From positions 7,017 to 71,016 of IMG/VR virus record IMGVR_UViG_3300009169_000020: 64,000 bases of DNA. The stretch is one strand, 5' to 3'. Position 1 is the stretch's first letter; the number at the start of each line of letters is the position of its first letter. The position numbers were made by a program, and so were the translations under genes. Positions 40,001 through 50,428 of the stretch are shown here, in pieces. The notes below the pieces were generated by a model. The model searched no databases. It was not told where the DNA came from and worked only from the letters and a program-made list of their open reading frames with translations. This DNA is from a virus.

Positions 40001-43000
40001 CAACATTATATCCTCATACTATTACTGATAGTGTTACATTAAGTGGTATATTAACTGTAAATGAACCAATTCAATTAGGATTAACTCCAACAGTAGGAAC
40101 TCATGGAACTGGTGGGAAAATGTTCTGGGATGCAGCTTGGAAAACTCCAGCTTGTGAACTTGAAGATGATGTCACTTTACAAATAGGTCAAGAAACAATG
40201 GCCTATGTATATAATGGAACCGGTTCTCAACTAGTACAGGGTAATGTAGTTTATATCTCAGGAACTCAGGATGGTATTCCCTCGGTATCTTTGGCAAAAG
40301 GGGATACTGAAACTACTTCAAAAGTTTTAGGTGTTATTACCTCTCTTACAATAGATGATACAAGATATGGCTATTGTACAGTTAGGGGTCATGTAAATAA
40401 AATAGATACTTCAGCTTGGAATCTTAATGATGAACTATATCTTGATGCCTCTATTGCAGGGGCGTTAACAAATATAAAACCTAATACTGGTTCATATGAT
40501 ACAAGAGTTGCAAGAGTAATGTTGAAAGATGCAGTTAACGGAAGAATCTTTGTAAATATGGTTAGGGAGTATTCTTTCTCAAGTGCATCAGCGGGATCAG
40601 CAGTAACAATGTTTCCTGATGATACAACAATTATAGCATCTGGAACACAATCAACTTATCCTATTAAAACACTTTCAAAAACACCTGTAACTACAACAGA
40701 GGATGTTGATTCAATTATATGTACAGCGGCTACTTCCCCGGTTCTTTATGGTACATACCTGAATACTGCTGCAATAGGTAAAACTCTTATTGATGGTGGT
40801 ATATGGAGTTTTGAAATATGGGCAGGAGTATCTTCTGCGGTAAATGTAACATCTATTACTCAAGGTGTTTATAGGGTAAGACCTGAAATAGGTACAATTA
40901 CAACTACAGGTACATTAACAACAAGAACAGCAACTGCTTCTACTGGAACACCTTTTGCAACTGCTAAAATAGATGTAGGAGGAACGAGTGACTCAGATTC
41001 TTATCTACAAACAACAACAGGATTTTTCAGAATACTATCTAGAGTTTCTGATACAGAAATTACTATAGAAACTCCTACAACATATACTAACCAATCAGAT
41101 GTAGCCTATTCAGTACATAAAAAATTATTTAGTGTTAATACAGGGGAGATAAACAATACAGCAACTTCTCCTCTATTCGCAGGATTACAACTTTATACTG
41201 TAACTTCAGCTCAACCTTCATTTACAGTAGAAACAACGGATACATTAGCTTCTGCTTTTTTTGGAGTATCTGATGGTAGTAGAACTGTTTATTTTGCACA
41301 TAATGGTACTGCAAGATATTCTCATTTTACTACCCCTCTTATAGCTCTTCATAATGATTTAGCAGGTTTACAAGGTGGAACAACAAATGAGTATTACCAT
41401 ATAACTTCTGCACAAGCCACAGTGGTTGCTAATACGAGTGGTACAAATACAGGTGATAATACTTTTTGGAGTGGTGTAACAAAAATAGGAAATGCCGTAT
41501 CCAATGATCTTATTACAGGTAAAGCAGGTGGTCAGACTATTTATGGAGGTACTCTTACAACCGAGAATCTAACTATACAGCCTAATAAAGCTGATACAAC
41601 AACAGGATCAGTGATAATAGATGCTGGTACACAATGTATGAATACAGTTACTGGGGCTTTACAAGTAGCTGGTGGTGTTGGAGTTGGTGGGGATTTATAT
41701 GCTGGTCATATTGTAGCACAAGGAGCGGGGACTCCAGCCGGTCTTTCAAATGTAATGCTTCAGTCATGGGATTCAACTGATAGTTGGGTTCAAAATAATA
41801 TACAAAATTTAAGTAATGGAAATTCAGCCTCAAGTGATTGGATTGCTACTGCTGATAATGGTTCTGATACTACAAGATTTATAGATATGGGAATAAATAG
41901 TTCAGGATTTTCAGGGGTTCCTTGGACTATCAATGGACCTAATGATGGTTATCTTTATACAAATTCAGGAGTATTGTCTATAGGTACAGCTACTGCTGGA
42001 AAAGATTTAACATTCTTTACAGGTGGAACACTTGCAGCTAATGAACGTGCAAGGATTACTTCAGCAGGAAAATTTAGTATAGGTACATCGTCTCCAACAG
42101 GTAAGTTTGAAGTATTTAAAGCTGAAAGTTCTGAGCTTATAATAAATCAAGTTGATAGGGATTTTTCAGGTGCTAATAACTGGACAGGGACTAATTGGAC
42201 TACTTCTGGAGGTACACTTGTCCACACCGTAGGCTCAACAGCCAATGCAATTCTTGCAAATGTAAATTTGACTTCTGGATCAATTAAAGCCGGTAAGAGA
42301 TACAAAATTTATTTTACAGTAGCTGGAAATACTGCAGGAACTATTATACCTAAGATCGGCTCAGTAAACGGAGCTACTGTGAGCGTTACTATGGGTGCTG
42401 GAAATTATATGTCAGCCATAACTGCTGCTGTGGACGATACTTATATAGCATTTCAACCAACCTCAACTTTTGATGGATCAATAACAAATATTAGTGTTAT
42501 AGAGCAGGGAGTAAAATTTCAGATAAATGAAGCTGGAGACTTGTTGCTCGGATCTTCGGCGTTCGTCACCGGAAATATTGATTTTGTAAAAGAGGGAAAT
42601 GCTCAAGTATTTGAAATGTCTGACTATTATGATAACAATACATCAAATGTAATTAGGTCTATAAAATACAGAGGGACTATCGCAAGCCCAAAGGCGGTTC
42701 TTGACTCTGATACTCTCTTCAACTTTCAAATGGGTGCTTATGATGGAACAGCTAGAGCTGCAAACCAAGCTGGCTTCGGATCATACTCAAGTGGTGCATG
42801 GACTCCAACAAATCATGGAACATATATTAGATTTACAGCAACACCATTAAACACAATAACATCTGCAACAGTAGCCGAATATCATGGGGACAAGATTTAC
42901 TTAGCAAAACCAGTGGGTATTGGAGCAGGAAAATCATCACCAACTAGCCAGATAGATGCAACAACAACTGTAAATGATTCAACTATTGCTTCAAAAGGTT

Positions 43001-45855
43001 ATGCACTTATATCTACTTTTGGAGCAACTACAGGTGCTGTTACAGTAGCAGAAGATGGGGTAAACTTTGTATCTTATGCATCTACAAATACACCAACAGC
43101 AGAAGTAATTAGAATTGTTGCAACTGTAGTTCCAACAAGTGCTGGTAATATTACATTTTCTATTAGAGGTGTTTCTTCAGTTGTAGCGGTAAGTAATTTG
43201 ACAGAGACTACGGTTGACCTTCTTGCAACAGCTATCAATACAGCTCTTAATCTTGATACAACTATAACTACAAATTGGACTGTTACGGTTGCTTCTGCTA
43301 CGGTTACATTAACAGCAAAAGTTGCAGAGGCAAAGACAGGAACTAATTCATTTATAGATACAGGTTCTACTGGATGTGTTACGACTGTTACCGTAACTAC
43401 TACAGGGTTATCTGCATATGATCATGCAAATATTCGAGCAATGACTGGCTCTGCTTATAATAACGGATCAGGTCTTATAACCAATATGTCAGGTCTTGTA
43501 TTTACTGGTGGAATACTAGGAACAGGAAATGTGACAAACTACTATGGTGCTGATATAGGTATCTTCGGAACTGGTGGTGGTAAATTTGGAACAATAGCTG
43601 GTTTGGCTGTCCGTAGCATGAACGGATATCATTCAGATGCGAGTACAGTGTCATATGGAATACAACTATTCGCAAACACCAATGCAACTGGAGCAAGTAA
43701 ATATGGTATTTATATTGGAGGAATATCTGGAGCTAGTACAAACAATTATTCTATTTATTCAGTAAGCGGGACAAATTATTTCGGTGGGAATGTTGGTATT
43801 GGTATTACTTCCCCTGTACAAAAACTTGCTATAAATGATGCCAATACTATTACAAATTCATTTGGTAATGTTTTTATTGGAACTACTGATTCTCAAGCAA
43901 TTGATAAAGGTGGACATTTAGCACTAGGTGGTGTTTATACTAGTACAACTCAAGTACCTTTTGCAAGTATAGCAGGAAGAAAATCAGACGCTACAGATAC
44001 CTCAACTAAAGGATATCTATCATTATCAACTCTAACTTCAGGGACATTAACTGAGAAAATGAGAATAGATAATTTAGGAAATATAGGTATAGGCACTTCA
44101 ACCCCATTAACATTTGGATCATCTATAGGATTACATTTATCTGGAATGACAGAGGGTACTTATCCAACAATAACATTACAAAGAAATGACACCATAGTAG
44201 CTTCAACTAATGTCTATGGAACGATACAATGGTATTCAAACGATTCTGACCATGTCACAGGAAATATTTGCTCTAGTATTGAATCGGTAGCAAATGGAAC
44301 TCAGTCCGGCGTTTATCCTAAAGCAGACATAAAAATATCCACAGCAGATGGAACAACAGATATATCAGAGAAATTTCGTTTTTATAGTGATGGAAGAATT
44401 GCGCAAGGTACTAGTGCTTCTACTGCAGTTAGTGCAACATTTGCAAGAGCAATGACCGGAGCTACAACACAATATGGACTTTACCAAGGTGCAACAATTA
44501 AATCAGATGTTACTGCAAGTGCTTATTCTTTTATATCAGCACCGTTAACAGAAGCTGCATCATTTGCTTTAAATCTTATGTATCATTATTCGTTATTAAA
44601 TCCAACAATTGGTTCAGGCTCATCTATTACTAACCAAATAGGATATCATGTTCCATCTACTATGACTGGAGCAACAAGTAATTATGGTTTTTATGGGTCT
44701 TTAGCATCTGCAACAAATAGATGGAATATCTATATGGCAGGGACAGCCGATAATTATCTTGCTGGAAAGTTAGGTATTGGTAGTGCAACTATACCAGCAA
44801 TGGCATTAGATATAGAAGGAACAGCCTCTACAACGGGTGTTCAGGCAACACGATATACAGCAGCATCCGCAGGTGCATCACCATACTTTAATTTTAGAAG
44901 GTCTAGGGGAAGCTCAGCATCTCCAGTAGTAGTTAATCAAGGTGACAATTTAGGATTATTTTATTTCTACGGTTGGAAAGATGAAAAACCAGATCCTTCT
45001 GGAAGAGCTGCAGAGTGGGTTCCTGCTGCTGGATTTGGTGGTGGTGTTGAAAATGATGCAGCAACAGAACATTTAGTTAAAGGATTTATATACTTTAAGA
45101 CTAATACAGTAGGAGACTTTACTTCAGATGGTGCAGAAAGAATGCGTATTTCTAATGCAGGTTATCTAGGGGTAAATGTAACAGCTCCAACAGCTTTGGT
45201 TCATATAGGAGCAAGTTCTACAGTAAGAGCATCCTTATGTTTAGCTTCAGGAACAGCTCCAACAGCACCAGTTGCTGGAGATATATGGAATGATTCAACA
45301 CAAGCTTGTATAAGATCACAATCTTCAGGAATAACTAAAAGTTTATCGGGTGTTATCTTTACACAAACAGCAAGTGCTACAGTTGGTAATACAACTACAG
45401 AAACAACTATGGTTGGAACAGGTGTAGGAGTTACTTTATTACCAGCGAATTTCTGGGTTGCTGGTAAGACTATACGTTTAAAAATGTACGGGCATATTTC
45501 GTGTACTGCTTTAGATACAGCTTCTATAAGAGTGAAAGTTGGAAGTGTTACTGTAGCAAGTTCTATTGGTGATGCATTTCCAGTAACTCTTACAAATAGT
45601 CTATTTATAGGAGAACTTATAATGACTTGTAGAACTACAGGTGCTACGGGTACTATATTTGTACAAGGTTCAACTACTATATATGCGGCTTCTTCAGCAG
45701 ATATGACAGTCTATGGAAGACAAATAGTAACTACTTCTGCTGTAACAATAGATACTACAGCAACAGGGCAATTAAATGTAACTTATCAATGGAGTGATGC
45801 AAGAGCAGGAAATACAATTACAAGTACAAATTCAGTTATAGAGGTATTAAACTAA
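37072..45855 (+). CDS. Giant tail fibre / adhesin (~2,927 aa) with LamG-like domain
   Basis: N-terminal QIRRDT..NW...NPTLAQGEMGYET...KIGNG; LGYTPE repeats; LamG-like WYHLNEG...FSVECWIK...HIAVTYDG...VDEF; repeated GNVGIG/EKMRI fibre motifs. Confidence 0.85.
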   Translation: MAVQFQIRRDTSVNWGLTNPTLAQGEMGYETNTYKMKIGNGTSDWNTLVYFPTAALTLDAITDPAVNAAVTTLKIDAYSGTVITLTTTGNSQTLQNPTSSLSGKSFLVINNDTSSNSITVNTIVIAPGSAINFVWDGNVWIGIGGGTLDHATLNNLSYATSGHTGFQASLGYTPEDIVNKSINIITDASSDIKYPSVKAVKTYADSLVGGLLDYRGAYDASSNLYPSAGGSGASGTILVGDTWAISVQGILGSGVVHVGDYIISKVDTPGQTASNWDSLNTNISYVPEDSANKVTSISGASTDIQYPSAKLLYDQINLKQNTLTFGIEDTNAVKITVSGVADHDYAKFTATGLEGRSYSEVLSDIGAQVNLGYTPENIANLRTTFQVVPDDTHYISEKLAKDSLDNKENSLGNPDVTGKILSSTTGGVRSWILPSGGVTVHSALTGLDYASAGHTGFEPTIGYTPENIINKITSFQITPDDTHYISEKLAYDQLALKENSGVATSYMATHNSTYTHSDIALNTASRHDAVTLGTANGLSLLTQQLSLGLSASGVPGALSGDDWNTFNNKQEKIWSKTGTEISPYISGDTLKINSISEETLGDGVYVENVFIHQGEIQLDFDKRIVLGTQNTVLPYAWYHLNEGTGTIAYNISGGGRNLNLVNSPVWDTLTPKLGTSAILINASPIGERLENSNNTEFGFNFDTPFSVECWIKPTVLVAAQKVVFSKATALTAGYYVSIIPSATGNIDFMMRDPVTLRYIRKTIGSLNWTSLIDVYSHIAVTYDGSRNLAGMNIYLNNVLQTPTVSTNTLTGGETLITATPFQISGLNGSSTAMTTVEVDEFVVYDTEISVADINNRYNGGAGSETFGNTGDIALIRNNDLSKKVELQFGSGPATQKFSKDGTNESLQVVLSNIATSGTHAIRKNEYDIDLFLKADKSNVLELNNTTAFTPDADYEPATKKYVDDSVGAENLWDRVSTTLYPHTITDSVTLSGILTVNEPIQLGLTPTVGTHGTGGKMFWDAAWKTPACELEDDVTLQIGQETMAYVYNGTGSQLVQGNVVYISGTQDGIPSVSLAKGDTETTSKVLGVITSLTIDDTRYGYCTVRGHVNKIDTSAWNLNDELYLDASIAGALTNIKPNTGSYDTRVARVMLKDAVNGRIFVNMVREYSFSSASAGSAVTMFPDDTTIIASGTQSTYPIKTLSKTPVTTTEDVDSIICTAATSPVLYGTYLNTAAIGKTLIDGGIWSFEIWAGVSSAVNVTSITQGVYRVRPEIGTITTTGTLTTRTATASTGTPFATAKIDVGGTSDSDSYLQTTTGFFRILSRVSDTEITIETPTTYTNQSDVAYSVHKKLFSVNTGEINNTATSPLFAGLQLYTVTSAQPSFTVETTDTLASAFFGVSDGSRTVYFAHNGTARYSHFTTPLIALHNDLAGLQGGTTNEYYHITSAQATVVANTSGTNTGDNTFWSGVTKIGNAVSNDLITGKAGGQTIYGGTLTTENLTIQPNKADTTTGSVIIDAGTQCMNTVTGALQVAGGVGVGGDLYAGHIVAQGAGTPAGLSNVMLQSWDSTDSWVQNNIQNLSNGNSASSDWIATADNGSDTTRFIDMGINSSGFSGVPWTINGPNDGYLYTNSGVLSIGTATAGKDLTFFTGGTLAANERARITSAGKFSIGTSSPTGKFEVFKAESSELIINQVDRDFSGANNWTGTNWTTSGGTLVHTVGSTANAILANVNLTSGSIKAGKRYKIYFTVAGNTAGTIIPKIGSVNGATVSVTMGAGNYMSAITAAVDDTYIAFQPTSTFDGSITNISVIEQGVKFQINEAGDLLLGSSAFVTGNIDFVKEGNAQVFEMSDYYDNNTSNVIRSIKYRGTIASPKAVLDSDTLFNFQMGAYDGTARAANQAGFGSYSSGAWTPTNHGTYIRFTATPLNTITSATVAEYHGDKIYLAKPVGIGAGKSSPTSQIDATTTVNDSTIASKGYALISTFGATTGAVTVAEDGVNFVSYASTNTPTAEVIRIVATVVPTSAGNITFSIRGVSSVVAVSNLTETTVDLLATAINTALNLDTTITTNWTVTVASATVTLTAKVAEAKTGTNSFIDTGSTGCVTTVTVTTTGLSAYDHANIRAMTGSAYNNGSGLITNMSGLVFTGGILGTGNVTNYYGADIGIFGTGGGKFGTIAGLAVRSMNGYHSDASTVSYGIQLFANTNATGASKYGIYIGGISGASTNNYSIYSVSGTNYFGGNVGIGITSPVQKLAINDANTITNSFGNVFIGTTDSQAIDKGGHLALGGVYTSTTQVPFASIAGRKSDATDTSTKGYLSLSTLTSGTLTEKMRIDNLGNIGIGTSTPLTFGSSIGLHLSGMTEGTYPTITLQRNDTIVASTNVYGTIQWYSNDSDHVTGNICSSIESVANGTQSGVYPKADIKISTADGTTDISEKFRFYSDGRIAQGTSASTAVSATFARAMTGATTQYGLYQGATIKSDVTASAYSFISAPLTEAASFALNLMYHYSLLNPTIGSGSSITNQIGYHVPSTMTGATSNYGFYGSLASATNRWNIYMAGTADNYLAGKLGIGSATIPAMALDIEGTASTTGVQATRYTAASAGASPYFNFRRSRGSSASPVVVNQGDNLGLFYFYGWKDEKPDPSGRAAEWVPAAGFGGGVENDAATEHLVKGFIYFKTNTVGDFTSDGAERMRISNAGYLGVNVTAPTALVHIGASSTVRASLCLASGTAPTAPVAGDIWNDSTQACIRSQSSGITKSLSGVIFTQTASATVGNTTTETTMVGTGVGVTLLPANFWVAGKTIRLKMYGHISCTALDTASIRVKVGSVTVASSIGDAFPVTLTNSLFIGELIMTCRTTGATGTIFVQGSTTIYAASSADMTVYGRQIVTTSAVTIDTTATGQLNVTYQWSDARAGNTITSTNSVIEVLN

Positions 45856-46100
45856 TGGCTAAACTAAAAATAGATATAAAGAACAAAGATTTACAAAGAT
45901 TTAAGAATGTCATATTATCACAGTATGAGATAGGTGAAGAAAATCAGATTATACTTGATACTAATGAACAAATAATAGACCATTTAACTATTATGGTGAA
46001 AGGTTATCTAAAAAGTTTTGTAGGTAATCAAGAGAGGCATATAAAACAGCAGCAAGCAATCAGTAGTATAACTATTGACGATATTGATTTAGAAGAGTAG
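45855..46100 (+). CDS. Hypothetical protein (possible fibre chaperone)
   Basis: TAATG coupling to the fibre gene. Confidence 0.5.
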   Translation: MAKLKIDIKNKDLQRFKNVILSQYEIGEENQIILDTNEQIIDHLTIMVKGYLKSFVGNQERHIKQQQAISSITIDDIDLEE

Positions 46101-46108
46101 AGGATGAT

Positions 46109-46354
46109 ATGTCAAATCAAACAGATTTACTAGATATAAAAACAAAAGTAACTCCTCAAGGTGTTTTAAGAATTGATAGAGATACTGTTAAAGATAGTTT
46201 AAGAACTACTGATTTATTAAATCCTGATAATAGTGCTATATTAGCTACAATAGTTGAAATGATTATTAAACATAATAGTAAAGTAGTATATGGAACATCA
46301 GAACCTCCAGCAACTAATACGTATGAAGAAGGGACGATTTATTTTCAAATATAA
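46109..46354 (+). CDS. Small virion-associated protein
   Basis: YGTSEPP...EGTIYFQ fibre-type motif. Confidence 0.5.
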   Translation: MSNQTDLLDIKTKVTPQGVLRIDRDTVKDSLRTTDLLNPDNSAILATIVEMIIKHNSKVVYGTSEPPATNTYEEGTIYFQI

Positions 46355-46518
46355 AGAGGTAGTATGCAAATAGGACAAAAAGTAAAAATAAAAGAACCAT
46401 TCAATATAGAATTTGATTTGGAATATACCATTAAAGAAGTAGATGAGAATAATACTTTTGTATTATTAGAAGAGTTAGAATCAGCTTTTGATTTTAAATA
46501 TATACAGGAGATATAGTC

Positions 46519-47322
46519 ATGGCAATCACAAATAGAGATACTTTAGTAAATGCATTGGCAGCATCAGTAAATTATAAAATATTTAAAGCTTCAAATGCAT
46601 CATTAACAGCAGGTGTTATTTCTTCTTTATGGAGAACATTAGGTAATCCTACTCAAGGAGCAATACCAACTACTTCAGCAGTATGTACAAATGGCTTATT
46701 AGGAAGCTTTATATTACCTTCTATTACTACCGAAAAATTATATATAGGTAAAGCTTCTTTATCTTTAGGAGTTGCGGGTAACATATTTATAATGGACAGA
46801 CTTGCGCATAGGGGTGGATTAGTTGGAAACATAGCAACTGCTCAAACTGTAAATTTAGATATAGCTACACCAGTATCACAAAATAGATGTTTAGCTAATG
46901 GTAGTAATGTTCAATGGTATTTAGAATGGTATGCAGCTACAGGAGCTACGGCAGTTACCGCTACTATAAATTATACAAATTATAATGATGTAACTGGAAG
47001 AACAACTACAGTTGCTCTAGCAGCAACAAGACCTATAAGCTGTATGTTACCAATATTACCTGCTTCTGGAGATTTAGGGATTAAGTCTATTCAAACAGTT
47101 ACTCTTTCAGCTACTACAGGAACAGCAGGAAATTTTGGAGTAACAGCAATAAAACAAATAGCAGAAGTTCCTATTATACTTGCTAATACAGGGAGTATAG
47201 TTGATTATGCTGGATTAGGTTTACCTGAAATTTCTTCTGATAGTTGTATAATGTTTTCAGTATTAACTTCCACAACTTCATCAGGATTACTTATGGGATC
47301 AATTGATATATTAAAAGCATGA
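46519..47322 (+). CDS. Putative virion structural protein
   Basis: Thr/Ala/Gly-rich; AGGAG RBS. Confidence 0.6.
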   Translation: MAITNRDTLVNALAASVNYKIFKASNASLTAGVISSLWRTLGNPTQGAIPTTSAVCTNGLLGSFILPSITTEKLYIGKASLSLGVAGNIFIMDRLAHRGGLVGNIATAQTVNLDIATPVSQNRCLANGSNVQWYLEWYAATGATAVTATINYTNYNDVTGRTTTVALAATRPISCMLPILPASGDLGIKSIQTVTLSATTGTAGNFGVTAIKQIAEVPIILANTGSIVDYAGLGLPEISSDSCIMFSVLTSTTSSGLLMGSIDILKA

Positions 47323-47531
47323 GAAACATAAATTACAATCCAATTGAGGTGAGTTCAAATAATTTTGATAATGATACTATATTTGAACTTATAAAAGAAT
47401 CAATTTTTGAAAATATTGTATCTACTATAAAATGTTGGATTAAACAAGGTACTAATTGGGTAGTAGTTAAAAACATCTTTGTGAAAAAAGATAATGTATG
47501 GAATATAGTAAAACAAATTAAAATCTATTAA
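47319..47531 (+). CDS. Hypothetical protein
   Basis: WIKQGTNW...VKKDNVW pattern seen in tail modules. Confidence 0.5.
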   Translation: MRNINYNPIEVSSNNFDNDTIFELIKESIFENIVSTIKCWIKQGTNWVVVKNIFVKKDNVWNIVKQIKIY

Positions 47532-47543
47532 GAGGGTATTTAT

Positions 47544-47840
47544 ATGGCAAAACCACTAGGAAATAAGACATTACAATTAACAGGAGAAGAACGATGTACA
47601 AAAATTTGTTTGTATATAGATGTCAATGGACAAATTACAATGGAATGGGAAAGACATAATGTATGGAAGAATGAAGTAGGTCAAGTACAGAATATGGATA
47701 TCTCAAGAAGAATAACAAGACATCATGCGTATCTTTCCACTCAACCTAAATTTGGAAGTTTGATGACAGATATCCTTAAAATTACGGATGATGTAGCAGA
47801 TGAAGATACTTTAGAAAGAGCAAATCAACCAATAGAATAA
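47544..47840 (+). CDS. Hypothetical protein
   Basis: GAGGG RBS. Confidence 0.55.
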   Translation: MAKPLGNKTLQLTGEERCTKICLYIDVNGQITMEWERHNVWKNEVGQVQNMDISRRITRHHAYLSTQPKFGSLMTDILKITDDVADEDTLERANQPIE

Positions 47841-47885
47841 AAATTTACTAATAATTATTAAAAACTAAAAAGGAGTTTTCAACAT

Positions 47886-48353
47886 ATGAAGAGAAAAGAT
47901 ATCAATGTATTTAAAACAGATTTAACTAAACTTGGTACACAACCGGGATTAAAATTTAGATATGCTTATAGTAAAAATATGAAATTACTAGATAATGAAA
48001 TAGAAGCTATTAAGGATATAATTAAACCTTCTGAAGAGTTTGTATTGTTTCAACAGAAATTGAATGAACTACAAATATCTAATGCTAAAAGAGATGATGC
48101 AGGAGAACCTATTATTATAGATAATAATTATATTATGAATGATATGAATAAATTTACATCTGAATATGATCTTCTTATAAGTGAATCAAAGGAATTAGTA
48201 CAAGAGAGAGAAAAACAAATAAAAGAATTTGAAATATTTATGGAAGAAGATATAAATATTGATTTTATAAAATTAAATAATTCCGATATACCTGAAAATG
48301 TTACTGCCAATGAATTTATAAGTATATCGTTTATGATAAATGAAGAGGAATAA
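47886..48353 (+). CDS. Phage protein (DUF1617-like, tentative)
   Basis: KFRYAYSKNMKLL...NAKRD..GEP; TACTAATA upstream. Confidence 0.5.
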   Translation: MKRKDINVFKTDLTKLGTQPGLKFRYAYSKNMKLLDNEIEAIKDIIKPSEEFVLFQQKLNELQISNAKRDDAGEPIIIDNNYIMNDMNKFTSEYDLLISESKELVQEREKQIKEFEIFMEEDINIDFIKLNNSDIPENVTANEFISISFMINEEE

Positions 48354-48354
48354 T

Positions 48355-48828
48355 ATGTTTAATTTATTGTGGCAATTTACTAAATCACAAACAATATCAA
48401 TAGCTTCAAAAATAAATATAAAGGATATTTTAAATATGACTAAAAAAACCGTAGATAAAGTAAGTGCTCCTGTAAAACAAATTAAGAAAATAAAAGAAGA
48501 ATTACAACCCGTTAAAACTAAAAAAGAACCTAAATGGCAATCATGGTTCCCTTTTTCTTTTTGCTATGGAGGCGGTAAATTTCAACCATTATATTTTATG
48601 GTTACTTTATTTTGTTTTCTCGCTGCTTCTATGCTATATACAAAAATACATGCAGCTTCAGTAGCTATTAAAACTAATACCTTTACACCAGAAATGATTA
48701 GTACTGCTGATCTTGGTGTTGTTTTAGGATTTATATCATCTTTAATTCTATTATATAATAACAATAAGAAAAATTATATTAAAGAATTTAATGATGATTC
48801 TAAAAAAGACTCTAATAATCAGGTATAA
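48355..48828 (+). CDS. Two-TM membrane protein (holin candidate)
   Basis: Two hydrophobic helices and a charged C-terminus. Confidence 0.45.
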   Translation: MFNLLWQFTKSQTISIASKINIKDILNMTKKTVDKVSAPVKQIKKIKEELQPVKTKKEPKWQSWFPFSFCYGGGKFQPLYFMVTLFCFLAASMLYTKIHAASVAIKTNTFTPEMISTADLGVVLGFISSLILLYNNNKKNYIKEFNDDSKKDSNNQV

Positions 48829-48833
48829 GAATA

Positions 48834-49241
48834 ATGATTTTTTCATTAGAGAGAATATTAGATTATGTTAATTTAGGCTGTATTAGCCTAAATATTTTTT
48901 TTGTTATATATTTAAGATTTTCTAATTATTTATTTTTTAAACAATATGGTGCTCAAATAATTTCAAAGAAAACAATAAGATTTTTAGATGGTGTACTTAT
49001 TATTGAATCTCTATTCCTCGCTGCTCTTTATAGTTGGATAAAAAACAATATATTATTTGGAGCAGAAGAACTTAGTTTGACGTTATATAATATTGCAGAA
49101 CACGGTAAAAGTTTATATTTTCTTAGTGCTTGTTTTTTAATTTGGAAAGAAGCAAGATATGATAAAATAAAAATATTATCTAAGATAAATCAAGCTAAAA
49201 ATATAATAAATTCAATACGAGGTACGATCAATGAGTTATGA
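48834..49241 (+). CDS. Multi-TM membrane protein
   Basis: About three hydrophobic segments. Confidence 0.5.
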   Translation: MIFSLERILDYVNLGCISLNIFFVIYLRFSNYLFFKQYGAQIISKKTIRFLDGVLIIESLFLAALYSWIKNNILFGAEELSLTLYNIAEHGKSLYFLSACFLIWKEARYDKIKILSKINQAKNIINSIRGTINEL

Positions 49242-49992
49242 TGCAAAACAAATAGGGGAGTATGCTGCTTATGGTATTGCAGTAGCATATTCCTTTTTTA
49301 AAATTATACAAAATATATATACTGCTTTAAAAGACTTAATAACTAAAAAAGTAGAAAAACAAAAAGAAAATTCTGTTGTTGTAAATGTTGGTAATACCCC
49401 TACCATTAAAAATGAAGATGATTTTATATTTAGATTTATGGCATTATTCTTTGAACAAGGGAAAGTACTTAAAGCAATGTATGATATGAAATCAGATATT
49501 TTACGGGATCAAATGGAATACTATTTTAAACATGTACAGGCAATAAAAATAAGTACATCAAATGTAATTGTAGGATTATTAAAAGATGCAGACTTAGATG
49601 ATGTTCATTTTGGAACTTATTTTAATAATTTTGAAAATTTTATGGAAATAGTAGAATCACAAAGTTTAACTATTTTTAGAAGAATGTGTAAAGAAAACCA
49701 TTTTTCTAAATATACTAATTCTGAATATAAAGAATTAGTTAATAGAAATATATCTATTATAGAAGGTAATATTAACGAATTATTTAGAAAACGATATATA
49801 CAAAGGTTATATATAAAAAACTTTAGTAGAATGGAAGCAATAAATCCTCTTATTAGATCTGCATTACATGATTGTTTTGATACTGCTAGAACAATATCAA
49901 TAGAAAAAGAAACCAAAGTCAAAATTATGCAAGAAGATTTTGAAAATGAAGTCTCTAAACTAATCGGAAAAAAATATACCCTCAATAATTAA
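49231..49992 (+). CDS. Protein with a single N-terminal TM segment
   Basis: YAAYGIAVAYSFF helix followed by a soluble domain. Confidence 0.5.
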   Translation: MSYDAKQIGEYAAYGIAVAYSFFKIIQNIYTALKDLITKKVEKQKENSVVVNVGNTPTIKNEDDFIFRFMALFFEQGKVLKAMYDMKSDILRDQMEYYFKHVQAIKISTSNVIVGLLKDADLDDVHFGTYFNNFENFMEIVESQSLTIFRRMCKENHFSKYTNSEYKELVNRNISIIEGNINELFRKRYIQRLYIKNFSRMEAINPLIRSALHDCFDTARTISIEKETKVKIMQEDFENEVSKLIGKKYTLNN

Positions 49993-50038
49993 ATATATTT
50001 TAAATTTTTATATTACTAATAAATAATAGGTAAAAAGA

Positions 50039-50320
50039 TTGAAAAAATATGAACGCAAATTTGAAGAATCTCTTAATATAGATAATTTAATTGAAACCAT
50101 TGAATTAAAAGAATCTTGTTCTAATATTGCTGCAACATCATTTGAATCTTTTTATAATATAATAAATATGTATAAAGAATTAGAAAAAGAACAATGTGAA
50201 GATAAAAAAAAGATACTCAGAAAATTAAAATGTCTTCTTACAGATTTTGTAACCATAGATTCATTAATTTCAAAAAATTTTGATTATAAAGGCATAGCTG
50301 GTTCTCATTATAGAATATAA
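50039..50320 (+). CDS. Putative internal head protein (leader MKKYERKFEE)
   Basis: TTG start; TACTAATA at 50014. Confidence 0.55.
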   Translation: MKKYERKFEESLNIDNLIETIELKESCSNIAATSFESFYNIINMYKELEKEQCEDKKKILRKLKCLLTDFVTIDSLISKNFDYKGIAGSHYRI

Positions 50321-50329
50321 CGAGGTGAT

Positions 50330-50425
50330 ATGAAAAGATATAAACCATATAAATTTAAAGAAGCGGATTCTTTATCAGATTTAACTGATGTTGATCTTGT
50401 AGATAAATTTGTACAATTAGGTTAA
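50330..50425 (+). pseudogene. 31-aa truncated copy of the N-terminus of 51159-51590
   Basis: MKRYKPYKFKEADSLSDLTDVDLVDKFVQLG* vs MKRYKRYFEEENSTNNLTDIKLTENLINF; GAGGTG RBS. Confidence 0.6.
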
Positions 50426-50428
50426 CAT

